A stretch of 60,203 nt of DNA, counting the filler, from Basidiobolus ranarum (Eukaryota): assembly GCA_040143965.1 (NCBI GenBank). It is 4 parts of 4 records of this genome, joined end to end, with 100 filler letters (N's around TTAATTAATTAA, not from the genome) between each part and the next. Parts side by side here need not be neighbours in the genome. Positions count along the whole stretch, not along the records: positions 1 to 14,993 come from JASJQH010000400.1; 3 more parts are not named here. One strand, written 5' to 3'. Positions 1 to 11,893 of the stretch are shown here, piece by piece. The position numbers and the translations under genes were made by a program. Positions within the stretch are counted from its first letter, which is position 1. Each line of letters begins with the position of its first letter. Below the pieces are notes generated by a model. That model saw only the letters and a list, made by a program, of their open reading frames with translations. It was not told the DNA's origin and did not search any database.

Positions 1-464
1 CTCAACATTTCTCTAATCAAAAAAACTGGGGTAAGACACTCAAAACTGACATAAAGAAGAAGGTTTTTATGGGAGATGACCTGGAAAATTTTTCCAACGT
101 TGACTGCAGTAAAATCAAAACGACTAATTCGTCTGGAAAAATTGATAATCTACCAAATGAATTCCTATCTTCTTACGATGTCGATATGATTCGTGATCTC
201 TTTAGCTCTTATCCTGAAGACTATCAGTTTTCCGAAGGCTCTATCTATTACGACTGTAAAGCAAACACCTTGAAGCATATAAAAGCTTATTACAAACTAT
301 CGAATATGTGTGAAATCCTTCAAGACTTCTAGTCTGTGTCCTGTCTGTGGAAACGGCGAGCTTAAAAAATTCAAAGAAGTACAGAACCCGAGACCTTTTA
401 AAAGAGAAAAGAATCCCACTGTAACATGCCATGGCCTTTTAAGGTAAAAGCTTTTTATATGCAA
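1..464 (+). mobile_element. Internally deleted Fanzor1 (TnpB-like) gene remnant, 5'-truncated by contig start
   Basis: Frame 3-332 reads ...FSSYPEDYQFSEGSIYYDCKANTLKHIKAYYKLSNMCE, resembling the N-terminal lobe of Mucorales-type Fanzor1. From 319 a second frame reads FKTSSLCPVCGNGELKKFKEVQNPRPFKREKNPTVTCHGLLR (post-RuvC-II TS + CxxC zinc ribbon + NPRP + HGLLR), followed by an intron donor GTAAAAG at 444. Aligns with 45261-45346. Confidence 0.8.
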
Positions 465-668
465 AATGGTTTACCGCAGCCGTTTCTTTCCCAAATGACC
501 GAAACATGATTTTATCTGCTCCAAATAGGTCAATCGACGTGTATATTTGTTGTTGAGATTGAACTATTGATTTTTCGAGAATCAAGTAGAAATGCTCGGA
601 TACAAATATCTCGGCAGACTGCTGATTTCTTTCTTAGGAAAGTAAGTTTTAGCTAACTAATGATCATA

Positions 669-676
669 TGACGTCA
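669..676. promoter_or_regulatory. CRE/ATF palindrome upstream of DnaJ gene
   Basis: Perfect TGACGTCA about 140 bp before the ATG at 815; a two-unit HSE-like TTCGAGAA lies at 574-581. Confidence 0.3.
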
Positions 677-814
677 GTGTCGATTTGCCAGGGATACTGA
701 GATATGCGCATTGGTATTTAAATCCAGATAATGTATCAAACTCATATCGAACTGGCCATCAAGTCAGCGATCTTTGTATATCAACATTTTGTACTTGTAC
801 TTCACTCATCGATA

Positions 815-1808
815 ATGGCAGTAGAAACCAGATATTACAAAATTCTTAATGTCCCTGTAGATGCCAACGAGGCTGACATAAGGAAAGCCTACCGCAAAGG
901 CTCGCTACAATGGCATCCAGATAGAAACTTGGAGCGAAAAGAAGAGGCCGAAAGGCGGTTTAAATTGTTAGCAGAAGCATACGAAGTATTGGGAGATGGT
1001 AATCAACTTGTAAAATGTTCTCTTCTATCGCCTTTCTAATATACTTTGCATTCAACTCAAGCCAAAAAGCGCGCTATTTATGATCGCTATGGTATATCTC
1101 TGAAATTATCTTTACATGTTTGTTAGAATACTAAGTGGTCTTTATTCAGGTGAACAAGGTCTCAAAACTGGCGGCCGCTCTTCAAGCAAGTTCGATACCG
1201 GATTCAAATTTTCTGGTGGATTTCAGGTATTTTTACTTTACCTTTTACCTTTGTGCCAAATCTTAGATTGACCTTTTCGTAGTTTCACTCTCCAGAAGAG
1301 GTTTTTAGTTCTTTTTTCAATGGAAAAGATCCATTTTCAAATTTCTTTGAAGGTAACGAGAAACATAGCTTGAGTGTTATAATAAGAGTATTTACCATTA
1401 GAAATTCGCTATATAGACTCGTTCTTTTCACACCACATGGATGTATTTGAAGAGATGAACAGCTCCTTTGGAGACAGTTTCTTCAATTCTGATCTAGGCT
1501 CTTTTTCTAGTTTTTCTTCATTTGATGGATTTGATTCTGGTAAAAGAAGTGGCAGCAGGGCTAGAGCATCAACCTCCACGTCTACTTACATCGTTAACGG
1601 AAAAAAATCGACAGTTACGCACACCACTGATGCCAAGGTATTTTCATTTCAGTTTTATTATATACTCGTGCATTATTTTGATCTGCGTATAAACTAGGGA
1701 AACGTGATAACTACCAGAGAATTTCCGAACGGGCGTAGGCAGAAAGAGATCAACGGGGTTGTACAAATTGAGGATAGCCACTCTAGGAAATCAATACAAA
1801 TAGATTAG
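815..1808 (+). CDS. DnaJ/Hsp40 subfamily B protein (DNAJB6/8-like), multi-exon
   Basis: J domain YYKILNV...LQWHPDRN...[11 protein letters not shown], spliced into [14 protein letters not shown], then a G/F-rich region and C-terminal [11 protein letters not shown]...EINGV; stop TAG 1806-1808; several GT-AG introns. Confidence 0.9.
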
Positions 1809-2416
1809 TTAACCATTCAAACATGTAGCTTTAGGACAAATGGACCAAATTTCTTGTGCTCGAACTGTAATATCCCAAAATTGGCTTTAGTACTCTTCTA
1901 AGCTATTCGTTTAGATATGAGAAATCTGTATCAAATAAATATTTTAAGCAGTTGACTCTGATCCATTGCGTCTTGGGTAGAATTCATTTGTTTACGCATT
2001 AGAAACACTTCGAACCATCAACAAATCATCGACCTTGTTTGTTCAACTGCATAGAATATTACGCACTGTCAGTTCAATTTTTTACACTTCTCGACTCATA
2101 GGTGGTAATGGACCCAATTGAAGTGACTCTACATAGGATTATCAACTGTAGGACTGCATAGTCCACTGTAAGCTCGGTTCATATACTCCAAGGTTAGAAG
2201 TTTTTATATGTAAGATTATTATTATCTATATAGTTGTACACTTGAAGAACCATCTTTTAAACTGTACAATACAAAGACTGAGTTTGTCAGCTCTGTACGT
2301 AGAAAAGGAAGGAAATTTTAAAAGGCGGTGAGATAAAGGAGAGTTTACAAACAGATGAGAACCACTCCCAAGCTGTGTATGGCTAGATTAAATTTAGAAT
2401 ATGATACAAAACATGT

Positions 2417-3151
2417 TCATAATAAATTCAAAGTCTCCATGTCAGGAACAGCTCCATTGTCCATAAGTAATTTGACTACATTCCAATGCCTCTTTTTCAC
2501 TGCAAATCTCAAAGCATTAGAATCGGGCTTTACCCCTAAATCTAGAAGCTTTTTGACGACTTCAAAATGGCCTCTATTAGCACTGAGGGATAAAGCCATG
2601 TTGTCTTTCACACCTAAATCGGCTTGAAACTCGGCCAAAAGATCCAACATTTCTATGTGCGCAATTTGCGCAGACTTTATGACGGGAAAACCAGAGGGAT
2701 TGTTTGGCGAAGCACCACGTTCCAAGAATGTCCTCACAAATGACAAACTACTTTTACTTTGCTCCATTTCTAAGAAAAACCGTTTCGGTATTGTGATATT
2801 TTCTAGAGGTGTATTCGATTCGGAGGTCTCTGTGCTCTTTAAATTACATTTTCTATAAGCCTGATCTAAATAGCTAAGCACTGTCTGATTAAAGAACCGA
2901 TAACGGATGCCGGCTTGAAAAGCATGTATCACATTAGGACCATATTTTTGCAACAGCCAAGAAGCCTTGATATAGTCTTGTGAAGTTGTTACCCAATAGC
3001 AACGACGTGAGACTAAAGGAAGATCACAGCTCTCGGATAATATAAATATGTAGGATAAAATTTCGATAGGTAAATCGTTCAAAGATACTAACTGTTTGAG
3101 GGATTGTTTCTTATTTTTTGTGCTCAATTCTACGTTGGCTTTTCTCTTCAT
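2417..3151 (-). CDS. F-box-like and ankyrin-repeat protein
   Basis: LNDLPIEILSYIF...LPLVSRR (F-box-like); C-terminal ankyrin repeats (ALSLSANRGHFEVVKKLLDLG, ALRFAVKKRHWNVVKLLMDNGA). Confidence 0.85.
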   Translation of the reverse strand: MKRKANVELSTKNKKQSLKQLVSLNDLPIEILSYIFILSESCDLPLVSRRCYWVTTSQDYIKASWLLQKYGPNVIHAFQAGIRYRFFNQTVLSYLDQAYRKCNLKSTETSESNTPLENITIPKRFFLEMEQSKSSLSFVRTFLERGASPNNPSGFPVIKSAQIAHIEMLDLLAEFQADLGVKDNMALSLSANRGHFEVVKKLLDLGVKPDSNALRFAVKKRHWNVVKLLMDNGAVPDMETLNLL

Positions 3152-3356
3152 GTTTACTTGTTAGGGGCTTGGTTGAATGGTTTTAAAAGAGGTTTAACGA
3201 GGTTGACAAGACCAAATAACAGACAAGTATAGATATTTTCAATTATCCGTAAGAAAAAAATTAAAAAAATCGTTACAATTTCCAATAATTTTGGTTTGCA
3301 GGCCAGTGACCAGAGTGTATATTCCTTGTTTTTTATTAGGTATAAATAAATCCAAA

Positions 3357-4446
3357 TTATTTTAGATCCTGTGGAGGGATGATCTTGTTAATAAATTTAG
3401 CCATATCATCCAGCTCTTCTTCGGAACATGAGTGTTCCATTCCTGGATAGGCGTGAAACTTTACATCATACCCTTGAGTTTGGAGCTGCTCACTTGACAT
3501 TTGACCAAATTGATACGGAACCACCTGAGAAGTTTTAAAATCATGAGCATATGTTGGATATTAGAGAGACAAACTATACTTACTGGGTCATCTGTTCCGT
3601 GACCCATGAATATAGGGATTTTATTTTCCGTAGTCATCTATGAAGTAACTGTTAGTAGAATGTATCTGTAGATTTGGTTTCGTTACATCCTTACTGAAAA
3701 AATGTTGTGACGAAGCGGAAGATATCCACTCAAACCGATTATGCCAGCTAGTTTGTGCTTGATAGTCAAACCTGTCAATAGAGCCATAGCAGAACCTAAA
3801 AAAATGGGTTAAAGACCAAATATAAAAACATCATATGGTTTGCCATCCAAGACCTTGAGAAAAGCCAGCTATTACTATCCGATTTGCAGCAATTCCAGCA
3901 TCAATTTCTTCATCAATTAACTTCTTTACTGTTTGTTATATACTAGTTAAATCCTCAGTGACGAATAAACTTAAATCAAGTGAGCCACTAACTGTCTCTA
4001 GATGACTCCAACATTCCATTTTTATCTTCAGCTCTATTAATGGCGTCTGGAGAATAAATATCATACCTATACGCTATAATGGTTTTTACTTTGTGGCAAG
4101 AAACATCTCAAAGAGTTTTCACTTACCATGAGGGCATGGTCATTCCTTGGTTAAGAGTTACAGGGCGATTAGGACTGAGATAAAGAAGTATTACAAATTG
4201 TATCCAGTTGAGAGAAGAATGAACAGTACTTACGCATTAGGTAGCACGAATTTCACATGTGAGAGCATCGGAGCGAGGAATGCTGTAGCAGGCGCCCTTG
4301 AAAAAACACTCACTAAGTCGCAATAAGCACAGGAAATGAAGTAAAAACACTTACCAACCGCTCCCACTGTCGCCTAAACCATGAAGAAAGAATACTGTAG
4401 CTGTGTGTTTTCCCGAAGCTGCTTGAATTACTTTACTCAATGACAT
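3357..4446 (-). CDS. Acyl-protein thioesterase 1 / lysophospholipase-like alpha/beta hydrolase, multi-exon
   Basis: HTATVFFLHGLGDSGSGW, PVTLNQGMTMPSWYDI, GFSQG nucleophile motif, FMGHGTDDP, YPGMEHSCS...ELDDMAKFI; stop at 3357-3359. Confidence 0.92.
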
Positions 4447-5149
4447 GGTAGGCTTAACTATTATGAAGGAATATAAGAAACAAGCAAGGTATACTAACTC
4501 GCACAATGTCCTAACCTCAGCACTGAGTATCATCCCATTCTTATGATTTCATAATTAGTCATAGATTGTTCTTTGTTTTACCATTTATGGATCTATTCAA
4601 TAGCCATACCTTTAAATGCCCCAATATATGTGACATCTGGTATAGGGATGTTCTAACTTGCTGTGGCCATTACTAAGTCATTTTATTAATTCAATCACTG
4701 ATCTTCTATTGGGCCACTTTGACATTAAGACATGATGCTAATATGATTGTGGAACTTAAGCTATTGAGAATCTTCTCAGTATTTCACTTTTCCAGAATGA
4801 TCTTCTCTGCAGAACTCAGCTGACCAGACAAAGACTGTAGCTGATTCCAAGATGTTCTAGATAACTATACTTGATTCTATATTAAATCTTGACCTATCCA
4901 TGAGCCATTACATTGCTCAATACCAATCTATATAAATGCACCTTGAGACTGTATTTCATATGGGTCATTACCATTTGGGTTACTAAAAGTAGCCTGTATG
5001 AGATTCCATAAAAGAAAACAAATATCCAAAAATGGAAACTTGCCATGCGCTTATTGGGTGTTTGATAATCAGTGGGGGCTAGAGTTTTACTGTTTCATAT
5101 ATTGATTAATCCATATTAGACTATAAAAGCATACAAGGCATGTCTCGAA

Positions 5150-5155
5150 ACGCGT
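5150..5155. promoter_or_regulatory. MCB-like element (ACGCGT) upstream of DUF262 gene
   Basis: GAAACGCGTTCA about 125 bp before ATG 5279; same AAACGCGTTCA context as in the H3 promoter (34308-34318). Confidence 0.35.
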
Positions 5156-5278
5156 TCAATCAATTTCGTCCCATTTATTTTGAATTCCTAAATTCACTGT
5201 TTTCATTATCGGTGACTTTGCATATCATATAAGTTTACCAAACAGTTGATTATCAAGACATTCTCCCACCATATTAGA

Positions 5279-6817
5279 ATGTCAAACTTGCCTGCCTTGG
5301 AAGCTCTCAACAAACCAAGAAATGTTACACATCAGCTTTATAAGCTTCACGAAATGATGGAGAACAATCTTATTGATTTGTGTAGGTTCTAAAATACAAT
5401 TCTAATGCCGCCACCAAACTCTAAACCCTTGATATTTAGGTCCAGAATTTCAGCGTGATGTCGTTTGGCCCGAAAAACGTATGAGTTACCTTATTGACTC
5501 AATCCTCAAAAATTTCTATGTCCCACCTGTAATCTTCTCATGTAAAAGATTACCCGATGGCAGATTACTCAAAGTCTGTATTGACGGAAAGCAGCGTTTA
5601 TCTTCTATTAGACGGTATTTGATATTCAGAGTTTCTTTTCTTTGTGTTTATTTGATTATTAACGCGCTTTTTTCAGCTTTATGAATAATGATATCCCTCA
5701 TATTGATCCCAATAGCCCAACAACATATAAGCGCTGGTTCAACGAAGATTCCAGCTATAGTAGAAGGCACGTACTGAGTGAACGCGAACGTGAAGATTTT
5801 CGTTATTCTGAATTAATTTGTGTTGAATATTATGGTCTAACCATGGAACAAGAGGTATTATCCACAATCACTTAGTAACCCAACTATGTAGTTAACCACT
5901 TCATCGTTTAGAACGAGATTTTCTCACGAGTACAAATGGGTGTTGCTTTAACTGCTGCCGAAAAACTTCAAGCTGTTGCCACACCTATGGCTCAATTCAT
6001 CCGCACGGTTCTGGATGAACATCCTCGTGTATTGGAGATTATGGACAATCGTCGCGCTCGCCCTTACTTACTTGCTGCTCAAACTATACACATGATATAC
6101 TATGAACCCATCAAAATGCAGTCCAGCTCTACTAATATCGAGAAATTCCTTAGAACTAATGTAACTATCGATCCAGAGTTTCGAGCCAGATGTATGGAGA
6201 CCTTTAGAAAATACAGTGAACTCGTGGAGAGTTCGCAAGATATTTTCTTTGTACCGACCATTATGGCCCCAATCGAATTCGTTATCTTTGGATATATTAT
6301 TGCTCGATATCCGGAAAGAACTATCGAGCAACTCAAGAATGACTTGCTTCAAATGCGTAAACATGTTCGTAGTCAATTTATCGATATCCGCTTTAATACA
6401 GTGACATATAACCATATGATGGAGTTTGTTCTCAATATTGACAATTACGATTACGAACAAGTTCATTTGGCGAGCAAAGGACTTCGTTTACCCGCCCATT
6501 TAAAAACTCGAGTACCTCCTCCCAAACGCCCGAGAACCAACAATAATTCTGACTCTGAGTCAGGGAGTTCTCCCCAACAACAGCGCTCTCATCACAAAAG
6601 GCCTCAAACCGCTGTACGTACGCCTGGCCGAATTGCCCCACCTGTAGATTCAACTATAGTTCGTGTAAAACGCGAACCTGAGGTCAGTACATCGGGAGAT
6701 GATGTTCCAATTGTAAAAACAGAGCCTCGCGATGAGTTGCCCCCTCGTAAAATGATCAATCCTCCACAGCAATTATTCTCGGTTGGCAGTGCTCCTAATA
6801 GAAATTCGCGTCACTGA
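5279..6817 (+). CDS. DUF262 (GmrS/ParB-Srx-like) domain protein, spliced, with disordered basic C-terminal tail
   Basis: Spliced translation: LIDLCPEFQRDVVW...LIDSILKNFYVPPVIF...CIDGKQRLSSIRRFM...EIFSRVQMGVALTAAE, matching the DUF262 QR, DGxQR and FxRxN/Q motifs; three introns; NLS-like PPPKRPR. Confidence 0.85.
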
Positions 6818-8669
6818 TTCGTGAACCATTTTATCTGGATTCAGAGAACACATGTAACATTTCTCTTTTGTAATTTCATTTTACCTTTTCTTTGTATTAT
6901 TTATCAAAAAGACATTAGTTCTATATTTAATTGCTTTGAACATGAAGCATGTCCAACATATGAGGAAATTGATATCTATTGCCTAAGAATACTATTTGGA
7001 TTGTGCCTCTTCACTGTTGTTACCTCTAGCTAATGAGCAAGGAATGAACCCTGATTGCCTAATATGATACTTTGTTCATACTTGTTTAGCAATAAAAAAT
7101 AAATCCATGATCAGCAGTAATGCCTATTCTAAGGGGATACAAGGTTTAGCATTGTTTTGAGCAAACCTGGGTTTTCTGTCAAAAGGAATGCCATTTCAGA
7201 ATTTAGATACCCAGCCCCATCTCTATCATATATGACAGGAGGGACCAGTGCCCATTAAACAGAAAGATGAGACTGTGTTTAAGAGGCTATTTTTGATAGA
7301 TACCTATAGTAATTCAGCATTTCAACTAATGGTGGTATCTTGCTTGATGAATGTCTGTGTGTGTCTCACTTGAAGTATAGACAATTAGGATGTTGTCGTG
7401 GCGCAGTGAATGTAACTCGTGGATTTTCATTTGCGCACTGATGACCAATGGTAAACAATAATCACTTGGTACAGCCTTTCGACAAACTGTCTCTGACACT
7501 GTATCTACACATGAAACTTGATCCCAATCCGCTCGAAGATAAACTTATGTCCAAATTATGTTTGAGAACTGAGCATAGCGCGATCCAACCACAGCAACAT
7601 CTATATAGTGGAATCATTATCAAACACAATGGGGAATCAATATCACCTGTTGATGCGCGTGACCTTAAAGCTAGGCACTATGGTTCTCAGGGTAGTCAAC
7701 CATTGTGGAAATCGGCACCTCTGTTGCCACTTGCTTCAATGAAACAGTTCGGGATTGCAGAACCTAACTTGATTATTCAGGTTTAGAGTCCAAAAGCCGT
7801 TTTCTCCATCATCATTGAATCAACAATACAGTCATAGAGCTTGTTAGTCACCGCATACGATTTTGCTGCTATCAACTGTTAGTATGCTTCGGCTTAGTCT
7901 GGAGTAAAGCAAAGGATGGACCTGGATTTGTCCGTTTCTAATGTAGCTACTTATATCCAATATTATTGATGTAGTCAGTAAAAGAGTGATGCTTCTAAGT
8001 CAACCCCAATAGGAAATCGCTTCTGCTTGCATGGTTTCTACAAGAAAGCAATGTGATTCAGCCAGAATGGATACGATGGTCAAGCAAACTGACCTTGCAT
8101 TTCTTCAATTTTCTAATCCACTTACCCACCTCTCGAAACCCTGTGCCGCTGCGGCTGGAGATACAGTCCTAACTAGGCAATTCCTACCTATGATTTCCAG
8201 AGCCAATGCCATATGAAGGAGGTGCTGCATCAACGACCTGCTACGAATTTGGTATTACGTGACTTTCAAACACTAAATTAAACCAATGGACCATTGACTG
8301 CAAATGATGTGCAAGCCCATCCTCCATTTCTCCAGATAGAACTAGCTGCAGAGAATGGTAGAGATGCAAGAACCGCGGGAGTGTGCTCTTACAATACTTC
8401 AGTGACTCCACCGCGAACAATCCACCGGATCCCGTGTTCGAATCTTTGGAAATCCCATGCATGAAACCCGATGATAGTAATCTACTTTGTGGGTGCAATA
8501 CAATTGAATATATTTAGTAGTGAGCTGATCGCATACCTGATTGATTGGCCAGTCACGTTGGGAGTGGAAAGATAGATAAATGATCACCAGTTTACCTTTC
8601 ATCTTTTGCAGAACTGTTCCTTTCCCTTCAAAACCCTTCCTTCACTAAACAGTGTGGTCTTTGCCCGCA

Positions 8670-10342
8670 ATGTCCGACACAAAGCAAAACTACTCAACAG
8701 TGCCCGCGAAGCCGGATGACAATGAGGTTACCCATCAAACAAGTAGACGAAGTAGCACCTCTGCTCTATTCACTGTTATCTTCTCCGGGTTTGCACTACT
8801 CTCTGATGGCTATCAATCGGGTGTCATAAGTTTTGTAAATTTGATCTTGGGAAAGATTTATCCTGTGGAGTATAATGCAGATACCTCTACCAGAATAAGT
8901 AACGCTTTATTTGTAGGAATGATTATCGGCCAGATAGGTTTTGGTCTGGTTTGTGATAGAATTGGAAGAAAGTTTGGTCTGCTTTCTACCACCGCCTTGG
9001 TAATTGTAGGCGCAATACTATCCGCTGTCTCGTTCGGTGCTAACGGGTCAGTTATAGGGTTACTCTGGATGCTCACAATCAGTAGAGGCATATTGGGTGT
9101 GGGTGTAGGCGGAGAGTACCCTTGCAGCTCAGTCAGTGCTAGTGAATCAGCCGATGAATTTAAGCCGAACAATAGAGGCTGCTTGTTTGTGATGGTTGGC
9201 TTTGATTTTTGAATATTTTCTCACTTTGAACAAGTCTCATTTAGCTTCTGCACTGTAGGTAACCAACTTTGTGATTGACTTTGGATACGTCTTATCTGCA
9301 ATAGTTCCTATCATTTTGATGGCTATCTTTGGAGACAATTTGGAGCCGATTTGGAGAATCTCCCTAGGCTTTGGTGCTATACCACCACTCTCTGTACTAT
9401 ATTGTAATTAAGATATGAATGAATGAATTTTACTTATTGAAGCTACTTACTAATAACATCTTAATTTCAGTCCGAGTCAAAATGGAGAACTCTACACGGT
9501 ATCAAGCCGATGCTATCAAACGCAATGTTCCATATATTCTGATCTTAAAACGATACTGGCCACGTATTTTAACTACGGCAGGACTATGGTTTTTCTATGA
9601 TTTCATTTCATATCCATCTGGTGTATTTTCCTCGACCATATTAAGCAGAGCGGTACCCAATGATTCTTTAATGAAAATTACTGCATGGAATCTACTTCTT
9701 TATACTTTTTATCTCCCTGGAGCAGTGGGTGGTGCGATATACTCGGATAAAATTGGTCGAAAACGTACCATGACCATTGGCTTTGCTTGTCAGGGCATTG
9801 TAGGGGTTATTCTGGGAGTTGCCTATGGTCACTTGATAGAACATATGTTCCCTTTATTTGTGGTAAGTAATTAGATTCTTGTAGAATATTGAATCATTCT
9901 TGGATGGTTCCTTTCTGATCCTTTTTGCATATAGGTACTTTATGGGGTTTACCTAGCGTTTGGTGAGTTTGGACCTGGTGACTGTATCGGTCTTGTAAGT
10001 GCCGAAAGTTATCCCACAGCTGTTCGTGGAACTGCCTATGGTATATCTGCAGCTATTGGTAAAGTTGGTGCCACAGTGGGAACAGCAGTATTTAAACCGA
10101 TCACGAATGCATTCGGTGGACCAGATACCATAAGTGGTCAACGATCCCCGTTCATAATTGGATGTTGTTTAGCACTTCTTGGTGCTATTTTAACTTGGTT
10201 CTTTATTCCAGACCTCTCCAAGGATCGACTTGAAGATGAAGATGAAGCATTTAGAGAGTATCTATTAGAACATGGTTACGATGTACGTAATATCGGTAAT
10301 TCAAATAGAGCAGAAACCCCCGATAGTCATGTTTCTGTTTAA
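8670..10342 (+). CDS. GIT1: MFS glycerophosphodiester/phosphate permease (Git1-like), multi-exon
   Basis: SGFALLSDGYQ, CDRIGRK, GVGVGGEYPCSSVSASE, GEFGPGDCIGLVSAESYPTAVRGTAYGISAAIGKVGA; about 12 TM segments. Confidence 0.85.
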
Positions 10343-11059
10343 CTACTGTAAGTTTCACTTGTTTTATTGGAAAAGAAAAAATTGACACCCCTCCGTTGAT
10401 TCATAATCTATTGAAAAACCCCTTCACCTCCCCCCCTTACCAATTTTTCATCAAACTTGTTTCAACACTACATAAATTCCGGCCTTTATACATACATCTT
10501 CATCGTAAATTTTCATTAACCTTTTAGTATATTCGATACATGTTTCATAGAAGAAATAAAGTCATCTTTAAGCAAAATATGATCAATGCATTAGTAGTAG
10601 TATTCGATTGTCAACGGTGCAGTAAATATATTCACCATCATCAATATACCTTTACTTTATGGATATACAAAGAGATCCGGGATAATCGTAAGCATTAATG
10701 TCAGATATCATATGGTACAGGTTTAAAATTCTATTGATCGATATCATTTAGATGTTTGAAAGTAAAAATTTCACATAAAAAAGATAAATCCGCTTCGATA
10801 GAAGCAATTCTAGACTCAGTATACAGTAAACAATATTTTTATAATGATAGAAAAGACAAATATAAACAGAATATGAGAGTGAGTTTCCCACTAGCTCTCA
10901 GTCATAATAGGAAAGCATGGAATATCAAAAGAAATTACTACATAAAACTAAATATTACATAAAAACACTACTGTATGTATAAACCACATAGCAGGTTGGA
11001 ATTAGATTAATAAACTAAACCACCTTCGTGGTCAATTAATGTTCGAGGCTTACTTATAT

Positions 11060-11893
11060 CTATAGTAAGCTAGGATATTCTGACATATGCAGAGGACACG
11101 GCACCAAATCATTACAGGCATCAAGCTCACAACCACAAGGCTCCTTACTTGAAACCTGTTCAGGAGAGGAAGGTAGCTCAAATTGTTGTGGCATCAACGG
11201 CATTGAGTGGCGATGCTTCACAGGGGTGCGTGGAGTATATTCTTGTTGGCTTAAATTTGCAAAAGGATTTCTAATAGTTCTAACCATTGCCTCTAGCTGT
11301 TGGATCCATACTTCATAGTCCCCCTCGGAAAAATATAGATCAAACTCGAGAATTTCTAAGAATTTCATCTCAAGATTATTTAAAACCGATATGGGGATTC
11401 CAGACATTTTGTTCCAGGCCGAGTTGTTATAGGATACATCCTCGTGGTACTTCATCCCAAGCAGCATACTGACGGTAAGTAACTGGGGCTCAAGTCCAAC
11501 TTGAGAACACAGCCTTGGGGCATGTTGGCACAGTCGGTTCAGATAATGTAGTCCAACGATAATAACACGTGTTGAGAGTTGAGCACGACGTAAGAGTCCA
11601 CGACAGTACTCACGGAAATCAGCACTCACACCACTTGATGAAGTAAACCCTAGGACAGTAGAGTGACATAACGAATAGGTTATAGTAGATATAAGGTCAG
11701 CAAGCACCGTATAGTAAGTTTCGGGTGTTGTTCCGAAGAGCAAATCAATGGACCCAAGGTAACGCTCGGAATACTTATGGTCATGATATATATGATTGGT
11801 CGCAGGAATTGAAGCAGGAAAAGATAGCCTGTGGAAAGACTTCGAGGCGAAAGGGTTTGTGATATTGTTTGAATAAGAATGTAGGGCGTTCAT
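11060..11893 (-). CDS. Pho80/Pcl-family cyclin
   Basis: Cyclin box FREYCRGLLRRAQLSTRVIIVGLHYLNRL...LLTVSMLLGMKYHEDVSYNNSAWNKMSG...LNNLEMKFLEILEFDL. Confidence 0.88.
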   Translation of the reverse strand: MNALHSYSNNITNPFASKSFHRLSFPASIPATNHIYHDHKYSERYLGSIDLLFGTTPETYYTVLADLISTITYSLCHSTVLGFTSSSGVSADFREYCRGLLRRAQLSTRVIIVGLHYLNRLCQHAPRLCSQVGLEPQLLTVSMLLGMKYHEDVSYNNSAWNKMSGIPISVLNNLEMKFLEILEFDLYFSEGDYEVWIQQLEAMVRTIRNPFANLSQQEYTPRTPVKHRHSMPLMPQQFELPSSPEQVSSKEPCGCELDACNDLVPCPLHMSEYPSLL

